64,000 nucleotides of DNA from positions 1,286 to 65,285 of the forward strand of contig NZ_SCVD01000011.1 in NCBI RefSeq assembly GCF_004297125.1. The letters run 5' to 3'. The notes beneath the pieces are model-generated. The model was not told where the DNA came from and made no database searches. It saw nothing but the letters and a program-made list of their open reading frames with translations. The DNA comes from Phenylobacterium sp. (GTDB lineage: Bacteria > Pseudomonadota > Alphaproteobacteria > Caulobacterales > Caulobacteraceae). Every line of letters begins with the position of its first letter. Positions within the stretch are counted from its first letter, which is position 1. The translations under genes and the position numbers were made by a program. Below, piece after piece: positions 37,636 to 46,716 of this stretch.

Positions 37636-38603
37636 GACCCACCCAGCGGCTCGACGTCCACCGGCTGGCCGGGGTTCAGGCGCGTGCTAGGCCGGGCTTC
37701 CACCAGGTAGACCAGCCGGTCGCGGGCCTCGCGGCTGTAGATCACCGGCGGGGTGAATTCCGGCCGCGGGGCCACGAACTCGATCCGTGCCGTGAGGCCC
37801 TTGGCGCAGCCGTCGCAGGCGAAGCGCACGACGCGGCCGACGCGATAGGCCGACAGGTCCTTCTCCGGCACGAAGAAGCGCACCTTGATCCGCTCGTCCG
37901 GCAACAGGCTGAGGATCGGCTGGTTGGCCGGCGCCCATTCGCCGGCGTGGAAGAACACGTCCTCCACCCGCGCCTTGGCGGGGCTGCGCGGCGACACCTC
38001 GGCCAGGCGGGCGTTGGCGCCGATGACGGCGGCCTGGGTCTGGGTCACCCGGGCGTCGGCGGCGCGGATCTGGTCCTCGCGCGAGCCCAGCATGGCGGCG
38101 TCCCGCTGCTTCCTGGCCGCCCGGACCTGGGCGTCGGCCGCGTCGGCGGCGGACTTGGCGTCGTCCAGCCGGGCCGGGGCGTACCAGCCCTGGCGCACCA
38201 GCGGCTCGACCCGGCGCAGGGTGGCCCGGGCGTCGCGGGCCGTGGCCTCGGCGGCGGCGATATTGGCCTCGAAGACCGCCAGTTCCGTGGGCCGCTGGCC
38301 CTTCCGGGCGTCGAGCGCCTGGGCCTCCGCGGCGGCGGCCTCGGCCGAGGCCTGGTCGGCCTGGGCCCGGACCTGGGTCGGATCCACCACGAACAGCGCC
38401 TGGCCTGCCGCCACCTCCTGGCCCCTGACCACGCTGACGCTGCGCACGGTCCCGGCGACGGGGGCCGCCAGGTACAGCGGCTCGCCCTCGATGTAGCCCG
38501 ACAGGGCATGGGACGCGCCCATGCGCGGCATCCAGATGACCAGGCCGGCGATCACGGCCGCCGCGGCGATCAGGCCCACGACCAGGAGACGCTGGCGGTT
38601 CAT
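37632..38603 (-). CDS. HlyD-family secretion protein (YbhG-like)
   Basis: N-terminal TM anchor, GYIEGE, PEFTPPVIYS; start reassigned to MNRQRLL. Confidence 0.9.
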   Translation of the reverse strand: MNRQRLLVVGLIAAAAVIAGLVIWMPRMGASHALSGYIEGEPLYLAAPVAGTVRSVSVVRGQEVAAGQALFVVDPTQVRAQADQASAEAAAAEAQALDARKGQRPTELAVFEANIAAAEATARDARATLRRVEPLVRQGWYAPARLDDAKSAADAADAQVRAARKQRDAAMLGSREDQIRAADARVTQTQAAVIGANARLAEVSPRSPAKARVEDVFFHAGEWAPANQPILSLLPDERIKVRFFVPEKDLSAYRVGRVVRFACDGCAKGLTARIEFVAPRPEFTPPVIYSREARDRLVYLVEARPSTRLNPGQPVDVEPLGGS

Positions 38604-39244
38604 TCGCGGGCTCCTTCGGTGAGTAAGCCGCAGAGCAGGGTGTCGATGTGCTGGGCCATGACCGCGGGCAGGTCGAAGGGCCGGGCGCCCACCGGCACGA
38701 AGGTCTCGCGCCAGAGCACCGCCACCAGGAGGGGCGAGATCAGCTGCAGCGCATAGGTGCGCGGGTCGCCGGCCTTCACCTCGCCGCGCGCCTGGGCCGC
38801 CTCGATGGCCTCCGCCATGGCGCCCAGGGCCTGGGAGACCAGCTCGTCGTGCCAGACCCGCGCGATCTCCGGGAAGTTCCGCGCCTCGCCCACCACCATT
38901 TTCAGCACCCCGCCCAGGGGCGTATGGCTGACCACATCGGCGATATGGGCGGTCACGCCGCGCAACAGGCCGGCGAGGGGGCCGGGATGGGCGGCCGCCA
39001 TGGCCTTCACGGCGCCGATGTTGGGCGCGATGGCTTGGCCGACCACGGCGCGGAAGATGTCTTCCTTGGTCTCGAAGTAGAGATAGATCGCGCCTTTGGA
39101 GACGCCCGCCCGCCTGGCGATATCCTCCAGCTTGGCCGCCGCGAACCCCTTCTCCGCGAACACGGACAGCGCCGCCTGCACGATCTCGGCGGGCCGGTCG
39201 GCCTTGCGTCTGCGGAACTTGGGCGCGCCGGTGTCCATGGTCAT
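38600..39244 (-). CDS. TetR/AcrR-family regulator
   Basis: FAEKGFAAAKLEDIARRAGVSKGAIYLYFETKE. Confidence 0.93.
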   Translation of the reverse strand: MTMDTGAPKFRRRKADRPAEIVQAALSVFAEKGFAAAKLEDIARRAGVSKGAIYLYFETKEDIFRAVVGQAIAPNIGAVKAMAAAHPGPLAGLLRGVTAHIADVVSHTPLGGVLKMVVGEARNFPEIARVWHDELVSQALGAMAEAIEAAQARGEVKAGDPRTYALQLISPLLVAVLWRETFVPVGARPFDLPAVMAQHIDTLLCGLLTEGARE

Positions 39245-39253
39245 CTTTTTTAA

Positions 39254-39271
39254 TAACTGACCAGTCATTTA
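39254..39271. promoter_or_regulatory. Candidate TetR autoregulatory operator
   Basis: TAACTGAC-CA-GTCATTTA near-palindrome 10 bp upstream of the tetR start. Confidence 0.6.
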
Positions 39272-39485
39272 GTAACAGATGTAGCGGACCCAGGCAAGCC
39301 GACCCGCGTTCTCCGAGGCGGCGACGGGTCGCATGGTTAAATTTGGCGACGTCGCCTATTTTTCGCCCCGGTCCCAAGTCAGGACCCATCGCGTCGTCGC
39401 GGCTGACGCGTCGTCCCAGTCAAATCGCCATCAAGCTTGGCACGAGTTCGAGCTAGGCATGCATTTGTTGAGTGAAGGGTCCTGG

Positions 39486-40187
39486 ATGAAGTTGGGCGTT
39501 CCTGCGCGTTTGCTTGAGCTGGTCGAGAAGAAGCCTGCACTGTTGGTTTCTATAGTCGCGCTTGTCGGGACGACGGCTGCCGCAGCGGCGCCGTTGAGCC
39601 AGGCCGAGCACCGCGCCAGCCTCGTGACCGCCGTGGAACGCGCCGTGGACCAGGTGGCTCCGACGGCAGAGGCTGCGCCGCTGAAACTCGTCTGGGACGG
39701 CGCGGATGTCGACGGCGACGGCCGCGCCGACTTCGCCAACCCCACGGGCCGCGAGCCGCGCCTGCATGACGCCTATGGCGACGGTGAGTTCGGGGCCCGC
39801 CGCGACGGCGGCAGCCGCCGGCACGAAGGCGTCGACTACACGGCCAGGGCCGGCCAGGACGTGGCCGCGCCGATCTCAGGCTATGTCACCAAGATCGGCT
39901 ACGCCTATGCGGGCGACCAGACCCTGAAGTTCGTCGAGATCACCAACCCGGCCCTGAACTATGCCGCACGGGTCTTCTACGTGAACCCCAGGGTCGAGGT
40001 GGGCGAGACCGTGGCCATCGGCCAGCCGATCGCCACGGCCCGTTCGCTGCAGCGCAAGTATCCCGGCGGCATGACCGACCACGTGCATCTGGAGATCCTC
40101 GACCGCAGGGGCGACCGCATCGACGCCACACGCATGATCACCGCCGAATACCGCCCGGGCAACCTCACCGTCGCCGCCGCCGATTAG
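39486..40187 (+). CDS. M23-family metallopeptidase
   Basis: RRHEGVD (HxxxD) and DHVHLE (HxH) motifs, N-terminal hydrophobic segment; start inferred. Confidence 0.88.
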   Translation: MKLGVPARLLELVEKKPALLVSIVALVGTTAAAAAPLSQAEHRASLVTAVERAVDQVAPTAEAAPLKLVWDGADVDGDGRADFANPTGREPRLHDAYGDGEFGARRDGGSRRHEGVDYTARAGQDVAAPISGYVTKIGYAYAGDQTLKFVEITNPALNYAARVFYVNPRVEVGETVAIGQPIATARSLQRKYPGGMTDHVHLEILDRRGDRIDATRMITAEYRPGNLTVAAAD

Positions 40188-40227
40188 TCGTGGCTTGACC
40201 GCGCCACCGAGCTCGGGGCAATCATCG

Positions 40228-40405
40228 GCGGTGGCGCCCGCAAGGGCTCAAAAGGGAATGCGGTGCGTGCGCTTGCGCACAATGCCGCGGCTGCCCCCGC
40301 AACTGTAAGCGGCGAGCCGACGACCATCCAACGCCACTGGGGCCGCGAGGCCCTGGGAAGGCCGGTCCGAGGTTGTGACCCGCGAGCCAGGAAACCTGCC
40401 ACCAG
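40228..40405 (+). ncRNA. Cobalamin (B12) riboswitch
   Basis: AAAAGGGAA, GCCCCCGCAACTGTAA, GCCACTG, GGGAAG and B12-box GAGCCAGGAAACCTGCC in the expected order. Confidence 0.93.
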
Positions 40406-40537
40406 CCGTGGTCACGCGCGAGCGCATTGGGCGGGGTGCACCGATGTGAATGGACCGCCCACGCGCGCCTCCAGGCGCCGGCGGCGGCGCCATTTCCTTC
40501 GCGGTGACGTGTCACGTCCGCCGCGAGGTTTCGACCC

Positions 40538-41077
40538 ATGTCTGCTATCTCTTCCACCCACCGCACCGGCCTCTGGTCCGCCGGTCTCGTCGCCCTGGTC
40601 CTGGGCGGCTGCCTGCTGATCGGCTGCCTCGAGCCCCTGGTCGCCGTCGCGGTCATCGCCGCAGGCGCCCTGCCGTTCGGCCGCGCGTTGTTGCTGACCG
40701 GCGCGGTCTGGCTCGCGGGCCAGGCCATCGGCTTCGGCCTGCACGACTACCCGCGCGACGCCCAGACGATTTCCTGGGGCGTCGGCCTGGGCGTCGCGGC
40801 CCTCGTTTCCGTGGCCACCGCCGCGGCGGCGCTGCGGGTCTTCACAGACAAGCCTGTCTGGCTCCGTGCGGGGGCCGCGTTCGTCGCCGCCTTCGTGGCG
40901 AACCAGATCGTGATACTCGGCGTCGAACAGGTGGTCACCGGCGCCTGCACGATCCGTCCCGGCGTCATCAGCCTGGTGGGCGCGGTGAACGCGGCCTGGC
41001 TCGCGGGCCTGCTGGCCCTCGACGCCGTCCTCCGCCGCACGTCGCTGTCGGTTCCGCCCTTCGGACAGCGCGCATGA
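40538..41077 (+). CDS. Riboswitch-controlled small multi-TM protein, putative cobalt/cobalamin uptake
   Basis: 179 aa, ~5 hydrophobic segments, WLAGQAIGFGLHDYP motif; first gene after the riboswitch. Confidence 0.75.
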   Translation: MSAISSTHRTGLWSAGLVALVLGGCLLIGCLEPLVAVAVIAAGALPFGRALLLTGAVWLAGQAIGFGLHDYPRDAQTISWGVGLGVAALVSVATAAAALRVFTDKPVWLRAGAAFVAAFVANQIVILGVEQVVTGACTIRPGVISLVGAVNAAWLAGLLALDAVLRRTSLSVPPFGQRA

Positions 41078-41994
41078 GCGGCCTGCGCATCGTCTCCCTG
41101 CTGCCCAGCGCCACCGAGATCGTCGCCGCCGTGGGCATGGCCGACCGGCTCGTGGGCCGCTCTCACCAGTGCGACTTCCCGGTCCAGGTGCGCCATCTGC
41201 CGGCCCTCAGCGAGACCAAGGTCAACCTCGAGGGCACGTCGGGTGACATCGACCGGCGGGTGAACGAGATCATCGCCCAGGGCGTCTCGGTCTACCGCGT
41301 CGACGCAGACCTCCTGCGGGCGCTGAAGCCCGACGTGATCCTCACCCAGACCCAGTGCGCCATCTGCGCCGTCACCCCTGGCGACCTGGAGGACGCGCTC
41401 TGCGAATGGACCGGCACGGCCCCGACCCTGGTCTCGCTGGAACCCAACGACCTCTCCGACGTCTGGGGCGACATGCGCAAGGTCGGCCGGGCGCTGGGGA
41501 CGGAGGGCGCGGCGGAGCGCGCCATCGCCGGCCTTCAAGGCCGCCTCGCCGCGATCCGCGGGACTGCCGGCCGCGCCGCCTATCGTCCCACCGTGGCCGC
41601 CATCGAATGGATCGACCCGCTGATGGCCGGCGGCAACTGGATGCCCGAGCTGATAGAGGCGGCGGGCGGCGAGAGCCTGTTCGCCACCGCCGGCCAGCAT
41701 TCGCCCTGGCTGGACTGGAGCGCGTTGGCGGCGGCCGATCCCGACGTGATCCTGCTGCTGCCCTGCGGCTTCACCATCGACCAGAGCCTGGCCGACCTGC
41801 CGCTGCTCCGCGGGCGGCGGGAGTGGGCGCGCCTTTCGGCCGCTCGCCGCGGTCAGGTCTATGTCATCGACGGCCACCACTACTTCAACCGCCCTGGCCC
41901 ACGCCTGGTGGAGTCCGCCGAGATGATCGCCGAGATCCTGCATCCGGACCTGTTCGACTTCGGGCACGAGGGGGCGGGATGGGTCCGCCTCTAG
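41074..41994 (+). CDS. Cobalamin-binding (BtuF-like) protein
   Basis: RIVSLLPSATEIV, VGRSHQCDFP, NRPGPRLVES; ATGA overlap with the upstream gene. Confidence 0.85.
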   Translation: MSGLRIVSLLPSATEIVAAVGMADRLVGRSHQCDFPVQVRHLPALSETKVNLEGTSGDIDRRVNEIIAQGVSVYRVDADLLRALKPDVILTQTQCAICAVTPGDLEDALCEWTGTAPTLVSLEPNDLSDVWGDMRKVGRALGTEGAAERAIAGLQGRLAAIRGTAGRAAYRPTVAAIEWIDPLMAGGNWMPELIEAAGGESLFATAGQHSPWLDWSALAAADPDVILLLPCGFTIDQSLADLPLLRGRREWARLSAARRGQVYVIDGHHYFNRPGPRLVESAEMIAEILHPDLFDFGHEGAGWVRL

Positions 41995-42806
41995 GGCGCA
42001 AGCAGCGCCTTCAACTCGGCTCCCGTCGCCGCCTCGCCCAGGCGGTCGAACCGGCCCTCGGTGGCGATCTCGCGCGCCGCGCCCAGGAACCCGGCCCAGG
42101 CCGCGCGGGCCAGCGCCCCGCCGACGCTGATCCGGCGCACCCCCAGGTCGGCGAGCTCGGCCACGGTCAGGCCCTTGGTCCACATCAGGACGTTGAGGGG
42201 CAGGGGCGCCACGGCCTTCACGGCCGCCCCGATCTCTTCCCGCGTCTTCAGTCCCGGCGCGTAGAGGCAGTCCGCCCCCGCTTCGGCCAGGGCGGTCAGC
42301 CGGTTCAGGGTCTGGCCCAGGTCCATCTGCCCGATCAGCAGCCCTTCCGCGCGGGCCACCAGCACCGCCCCGGTCCCGTCGGCGTCGATCGCCGCCCGGG
42401 CCGCGCGCACGCGCTCCACCGCCAGCGCGGTCTCGTACAGCGGCTTGCCGGGGTCGTGGCTCATGTCCTCGATGGAAAGGCCGGCCACGCCCGTCGCCAG
42501 CGCCCGGCGCACGTTGGCCGCCACGTCCTCGGGCGCGTCGGCATAGCCGTTCTCGAAATCGGCGTTCAGCGGCAGGTCCGTGGCCGCCGACAGGACCGCG
42601 AGGTGATCCAGCATGTCGTTCAGCGGGACCTCGTTGTCCAACCGCCCGGTGGACCAGGCGAATCCCGAGCTGGTGCTGGCCAGGGCCTGGAATCCCAAGG
42701 CCTGCAGTATCCTGCCGCTGCCCGCGTCCCACGGATTGGGGATCACGAAGCAGCCGCTCTCATGCAGTTCGCGGAATCGGGCGCGCTTCTCGGCCGGAGT
42801 CGTCAT
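41991..42806 (-). CDS. Isocitrate lyase/PEP mutase family protein
   Basis: PNPWDAGS, ADFENGYAD, GLSIED, AGADCLYAP. Confidence 0.9.
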   Translation of the reverse strand: MTTPAEKRARFRELHESGCFVIPNPWDAGSGRILQALGFQALASTSSGFAWSTGRLDNEVPLNDMLDHLAVLSAATDLPLNADFENGYADAPEDVAANVRRALATGVAGLSIEDMSHDPGKPLYETALAVERVRAARAAIDADGTGAVLVARAEGLLIGQMDLGQTLNRLTALAEAGADCLYAPGLKTREEIGAAVKAVAPLPLNVLMWTKGLTVAELADLGVRRISVGGALARAAWAGFLGAAREIATEGRFDRLGEAATGAELKALLAP

Positions 42807-43000
42807 GGGACAACCTCGCAAGGTGGAGCTTAACGGCAAAAGCTTGGGTGCAGGAACAGGGGCGAAACGAATCGCGACCGAATCACTGACACCCAGCGAT
42901 TCAGCTTTCGTTCCCTACGACATATTGTATCTGAATCGCTTCGGCCCACAACGAAGCGTCATCTTTGGGCGCGACCGTTTCGCTATCTGTGCGGCTCGCC

Positions 43001-43030
43001 TTGACGCGCAAGGGACCCTTCCTCTATATC
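43001..43030 (+). promoter_or_regulatory. Housekeeping sigma70 promoter of rpmB
   Basis: TTGACG ... CTCTATATC, resembling the Caulobacter TTGACG/GCTANAWC consensus. Confidence 0.6.
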
Positions 43031-43090
43031 GCCCGCTCCTTGCGCGGACCCAGTCCGTTGCAACTCCATTCCCACGCGAAGGTATTCGCT

Positions 43091-43387
43091 ATGTCGCGCC
43101 GCTGCGAAATCACGGGTGTCGGACCGATGGTCGGCCACAACGTGAGCCACTCGAACATCAAGACCAAGCGCCGGTTCATGCCGAATCTGGCGTCGGTCAG
43201 CCTCCAGTCGGACGCGCTGGGCCAGAGCTTCTCGCTCCGGATCACCAACGCCGCGCTCCGCACCCTGGACTCCAAGGGCGGCCTCGACCCGGTCCTGCTC
43301 AAGGCCAAGGATGAACTGCTGTCGGCCAAGGCGCTGAAGATCAAGCGCCAGCTGAAGGCCAAGATGGCCGAGACCGCCGCGGCCTGA
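43091..43387 (+). CDS. rpmB: 50S ribosomal protein L28
   Basis: MSRRCEITG..GHNVSHSNIKTKRRFMPN. Confidence 0.97.
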   Translation: MSRRCEITGVGPMVGHNVSHSNIKTKRRFMPNLASVSLQSDALGQSFSLRITNAALRTLDSKGGLDPVLLKAKDELLSAKALKIKRQLKAKMAETAAA

Positions 43388-43415
43388 GCCGCGCCATCCC
43401 GGACGATTACGGAAG

Positions 43416-43439
43416 GGCCGCCCCACCGGGCGGCCTTTT
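43416..43439 (+). terminator. Intrinsic terminator of rpmB
   Basis: GGCCGCCC-cacc-GGGCGGCC-TTTT. Confidence 0.85.
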
Positions 43440-44431
43440 CATTTGGCCGGTGTCCAGTCGAACGCCAGCAGCAGGGTTCGCTGGTCGGTGGGCAAACCGT
43501 TGTAGGTCCCGAAATTGTCGTCCGAGATCAGGTAGAACCGCACCCGGCCACCGGGCTGTGGGACGGCGGCCAGGCCCTCGAGGTTGTCCACTGTCAGGGG
43601 CCGGGCGATCTCCAGGCTATCGACGAGGCGGCCAGTGCGGTCCAGCACCTTTAGCCTCACGACGTTGCCCCGGAGCGGCGAATAGGTCCGCAGCAGATAG
43701 GCCAGCCCGCCCCCCGGCATATTGTCCATCGCCACCAGCGCCAGGCCCTCCAGGTCGAGGTCCCGGTCGCGGACGCAGCGCGTCGACACCCGGCAGAGGA
43801 AGGTCCAGCCGCTGTCCTCCAGCCCGACCCGGTAGGCGTCCGGCCCGACATCCGGCGCGGTGGTCAGGGCCTCCATCCCCTTGTTGTCGGTGTAGGTCAC
43901 CTCCGGCTGGGGCGCCGGGCGGGGCAGGCCGCCGTTCCGTGGGAAGAGCAGGATGCGGTCGTGCTGCTCGAAGCTGGCCAGCAGGTCCCCGTTCGCCAGC
44001 CGCGCCACGCCCTCCGAGTCGTATTCGCGCTGGCCGCCCGCATAGAGGTCGACGCCCGTGGTTTCCTTCAGGGCGATCATCGTCGCGTCCGCGACACCCA
44101 CGAGGCGCCCCGTCGGGTCCAGCACGAGCCGGGCCTCCAGCAGGTCGGACTGGTCGCCCAGGGCCAGCATCCGGCCGTCGGGCGTTACCTTCAGGTCCGA
44201 CAGCCCATGCAGGCGACTGGTCTGGCGCGAGGTGAGGGCCAAGCCCCCGGCGTAGACGAAGTTTCCGAGACGGTTTCGGCCGGGATCCGCCGGATCCAGC
44301 GGCACGGGCTGGCCGTCCACCTGCACCCGGGCGCCCACCGCCACCGGCTGCAACGGCAGCGGCGCGGTCGGCATGGCGCAGGAGCCGAGCGCTAGCGCCA
44401 GCGCCGCCGCCAAGCCGGCCCACGGCCTCAA
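43439..44431 (-). CDS. Esterase-like activity of phytase family lipoprotein
   Basis: Lipobox LGSC; LHGLSDL, DSEG, DNLEGL, ISDDNF; TTG start overlapping the cobT stop (inferred). Confidence 0.82.
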   Translation of the reverse strand: MRPWAGLAAALALALGSCAMPTAPLPLQPVAVGARVQVDGQPVPLDPADPGRNRLGNFVYAGGLALTSRQTSRLHGLSDLKVTPDGRMLALGDQSDLLEARLVLDPTGRLVGVADATMIALKETTGVDLYAGGQREYDSEGVARLANGDLLASFEQHDRILLFPRNGGLPRPAPQPEVTYTDNKGMEALTTAPDVGPDAYRVGLEDSGWTFLCRVSTRCVRDRDLDLEGLALVAMDNMPGGGLAYLLRTYSPLRGNVVRLKVLDRTGRLVDSLEIARPLTVDNLEGLAAVPQPGGRVRFYLISDDNFGTYNGLPTDQRTLLLAFDWTPAK

Positions 44432-46380
44432 GCGGTGGCCCTCCGGACTTCCTTGAAGGTCGAGCGGCGCGCGCCGCCGCTCGGTGGTCCCTGGGTGTTC
44501 GGCGGCGGGGCCAGCAGGTTGGCGTTCCGGCGCGTCACCCGGCGGACCTCCTCGTCGAACAGGTCGGCCAGCTGCTCGACCATGGCGCCGGCCAGTTGCT
44601 CCACGTCCACGATGGTCACCGCGTTCTTGTAGTAGCGGGTCACGTCGTGGCCGATGCCGATGGCGATCAGCTGCACCGGGCTCTTGGTTTCGATCTCGGT
44701 GATCACCTCGCGCAGGTGGCGCTCCAGGTAATGGCCGGAGTTCACCGACAGGGTCGAATCGTCCACCGGCGCCCCATCCGAGATCACCAGCAGGATGCGC
44801 CGCGCCTCCGGGCGGCCGATCAGCCGCTGGTGCGCCCACATCAGCGCCTCGCCGTCGATGTTCTCCTTCAGGAGGCCCTCGCGCATCATCAGGCCGAGGT
44901 TGCGGCGCGCCCGTCTCCAGGGGGCGTCGGCGGCCTTGTAGATGATGTGGCGCAGGTCGTTCAGGCGGCCCGGCTGGGCGGGCTTGCCGGCTTTCAGCCA
45001 GTCTTCCCGCGACGAGCCGCCCTTCCAGGCCCGGGTCGTGAAGCCCAGGATCTCGGTCTTTACGCCGCAGCGTTCCAGGGTGCGCGCCAGGATGTCGGCG
45101 CAGACCGCCGCCACCATGATCGGCCGCCCGCGCATGGAGCCGGAATTGTCGATCAGGATGCTGACCACCGTGTCGCGGAACTCGGTGTCCTCCTCCTCCT
45201 TGAAGGCGAGGGAGGCGGTCGGGTCGGTGATCACCCGGGTCAGGCGCGAGGTGTCGAGGATCCCTTCCTCCAGGTCGAAGGTCCAGGCGCGGTTCTGCTG
45301 GGCCAGCAGCTTGCGCTGCAGCTTGTTGGCCAGGCGCGAGACCACGTTCGACACCGAGGCGAGCTGCTGGTCGAGATAGGCGCGCAGGCGCGTCAGCTCC
45401 TCGGGATCGCACAGCTCCTCGGCCGCCACGATCTCGTCGTGGCCGGTGGTGAAGACCTTGTAGGTGACGGCCCGGTTGTCGCCGGACGGATCGGGGCGAG
45501 CGGGCTGCTCGCCGTCGCCCATGTCCGGCGGCTCGTCGGTGTCCTCGGCGTCGGGATCCTGTTCCGACTGCATCATCTGGCTGTCGGCGTCCTCGGACTC
45601 CCGCGCCGTGGTCTCGTCGTCGTCCATCGCCGACTGCTGCGGCGACTGGCTCTCGCCCTCGCCGTCGTCGTCGTTGTCGGAGGCCTCGGGGTCGCCGTCG
45701 TCCTTGCCCTCGGTATCGTCATCCGACTGCTCGGGCGCGTCCGACAGGTCGTCGCCCATCTCCAGGTCGCGGATGATGGCGCGCGAAATCCGGGCGAAGG
45801 CCTTCTGGTCGTGCAGCGTGCCTTCCAGCTTGGCGATGTCGTCGCCGGCCTTGGCGTCGATGCCGGCGCGGAACATGTCGACCAGGGCCCGCGCCATCGG
45901 CGGCGGGGGCTCGCCGGTCAGGCGTTCGCGCACCATCAGGCTCAGCACCTCCGCCATCGGCGGATTGGCCATGGCCTCGACCTCGTTGTAGACGCGCCGC
46001 TGCCAGGCGTGGTCCATCACCGCCTTGAGGTTGCCCTTCACCCCGCCCATGGCGTTGGCGCCGATGGCCTCGATCCGAGCCTGCTCCAGGGCGTCGTAGA
46101 TCGGCTGGCCGGCGCCGGAGTGCGGTCGGGTCTTGGCGTGGGCGGCCGGGTCGTGGTGGGCGATGCGCAGCGCCATCTGGTCGGCCAGGCCGCGGATGCG
46201 CGCCGCGTCCTCGGGCGTCAGGTCGCGGGGCGGGTGCGGCAGCACCGCCCGGTTGCCGCTGAGCTGCGGGCCCTCGCCCGAGTAGACGATCTCCAGGTCG
46301 GGCGTTTCGGCAAGCGAGCGCGCCGCGTGCGCCAGGGCGCGCTTGAAGGGCTCCAGGGGGCTTTCCGGGTTCTTCGCCAT
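44428..46380 (-). CDS. cobT: Cobaltochelatase subunit CobT (vWA domain)
   Basis: EPFKRAL, acidic linker, [33 protein letters not shown]. Confidence 0.95.
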   Translation of the reverse strand: MAKNPESPLEPFKRALAHAARSLAETPDLEIVYSGEGPQLSGNRAVLPHPPRDLTPEDAARIRGLADQMALRIAHHDPAAHAKTRPHSGAGQPIYDALEQARIEAIGANAMGGVKGNLKAVMDHAWQRRVYNEVEAMANPPMAEVLSLMVRERLTGEPPPPMARALVDMFRAGIDAKAGDDIAKLEGTLHDQKAFARISRAIIRDLEMGDDLSDAPEQSDDDTEGKDDGDPEASDNDDDGEGESQSPQQSAMDDDETTARESEDADSQMMQSEQDPDAEDTDEPPDMGDGEQPARPDPSGDNRAVTYKVFTTGHDEIVAAEELCDPEELTRLRAYLDQQLASVSNVVSRLANKLQRKLLAQQNRAWTFDLEEGILDTSRLTRVITDPTASLAFKEEEDTEFRDTVVSILIDNSGSMRGRPIMVAAVCADILARTLERCGVKTEILGFTTRAWKGGSSREDWLKAGKPAQPGRLNDLRHIIYKAADAPWRRARRNLGLMMREGLLKENIDGEALMWAHQRLIGRPEARRILLVISDGAPVDDSTLSVNSGHYLERHLREVITEIETKSPVQLIAIGIGHDVTRYYKNAVTIVDVEQLAGAMVEQLADLFDEEVRRVTRRNANLLAPPPNTQGPPSGGARRSTFKEVRRATA

Positions 46381-46436
46381 GTCAGTGGGTCTTAGATCAG
46401 CCTTCACGCCGCGTGAAACAAGGAATCGTGTGCGAA

Positions 46437-46461
46437 GGAACGGTGAAGCTTCCAGCGCGTT
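46437..46461 (+). promoter_or_regulatory. EcfG/sigmaT general stress response promoter
   Basis: GGAAC-N16-CGTT, 35 bp upstream of the DUF1328 start. Confidence 0.8.
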
Positions 46462-46496
46462 TCCAAGGCCGAGTTTCGGACCGAGGAGAAACCTTC

Positions 46497-46676
46497 ATGC
46501 TCAAGTGGGCCCTGATCTTCGCGATCGTCGCCATCGTGGCCGGCGCGCTCGGCTTCGGCGGCATCGCCGGCGCCGCGGCCGGTATCGCCAAGCTGCTGTT
46601 CTTCATCGCCGTGGTGGCGTTCCTGCTGTTCCTGGCGCTCGGCGTCTTCGCCGGCCGCAAGCTGACCGGGCGATAG
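46497..46676 (+). CDS. DUF1328 small membrane protein
   Basis: [36 protein letters not shown]; GAGGAG RBS. Confidence 0.92.
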   Translation: MLKWALIFAIVAIVAGALGFGGIAGAAAGIAKLLFFIAVVAFLLFLALGVFAGRKLTGR

Positions 46677-46682
46677 GGGATC

Positions 46683-46708
46683 GGGGCGCTTCCCGAGGGA
46701 GGCGCCCC
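46683..46708. terminator. Hairpin between convergent genes
   Basis: GGGGCGCTTCCC-ga-GGGAGGCGCCCC. Confidence 0.55.
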
Positions 46709-46716
46709 CTCCGCCT

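Noticed and set aside
45480-45760. Acidic low-complexity stretch in cobT
   Set aside because: It is the normal Asp/Glu-rich linker of CobT, not a repeat element.
40747-46395. Long antisense or alternate-frame ORFs (e.g. 40747-42732, 43439-45412 upstream part, 44596-46395; similarly 17037-19541, 28179-30710, 30735-33368, 60092-62758)
   Set aside because: Expected in ~70% GC DNA opposite real genes, where stop codons are depleted; no RBS or family signatures.
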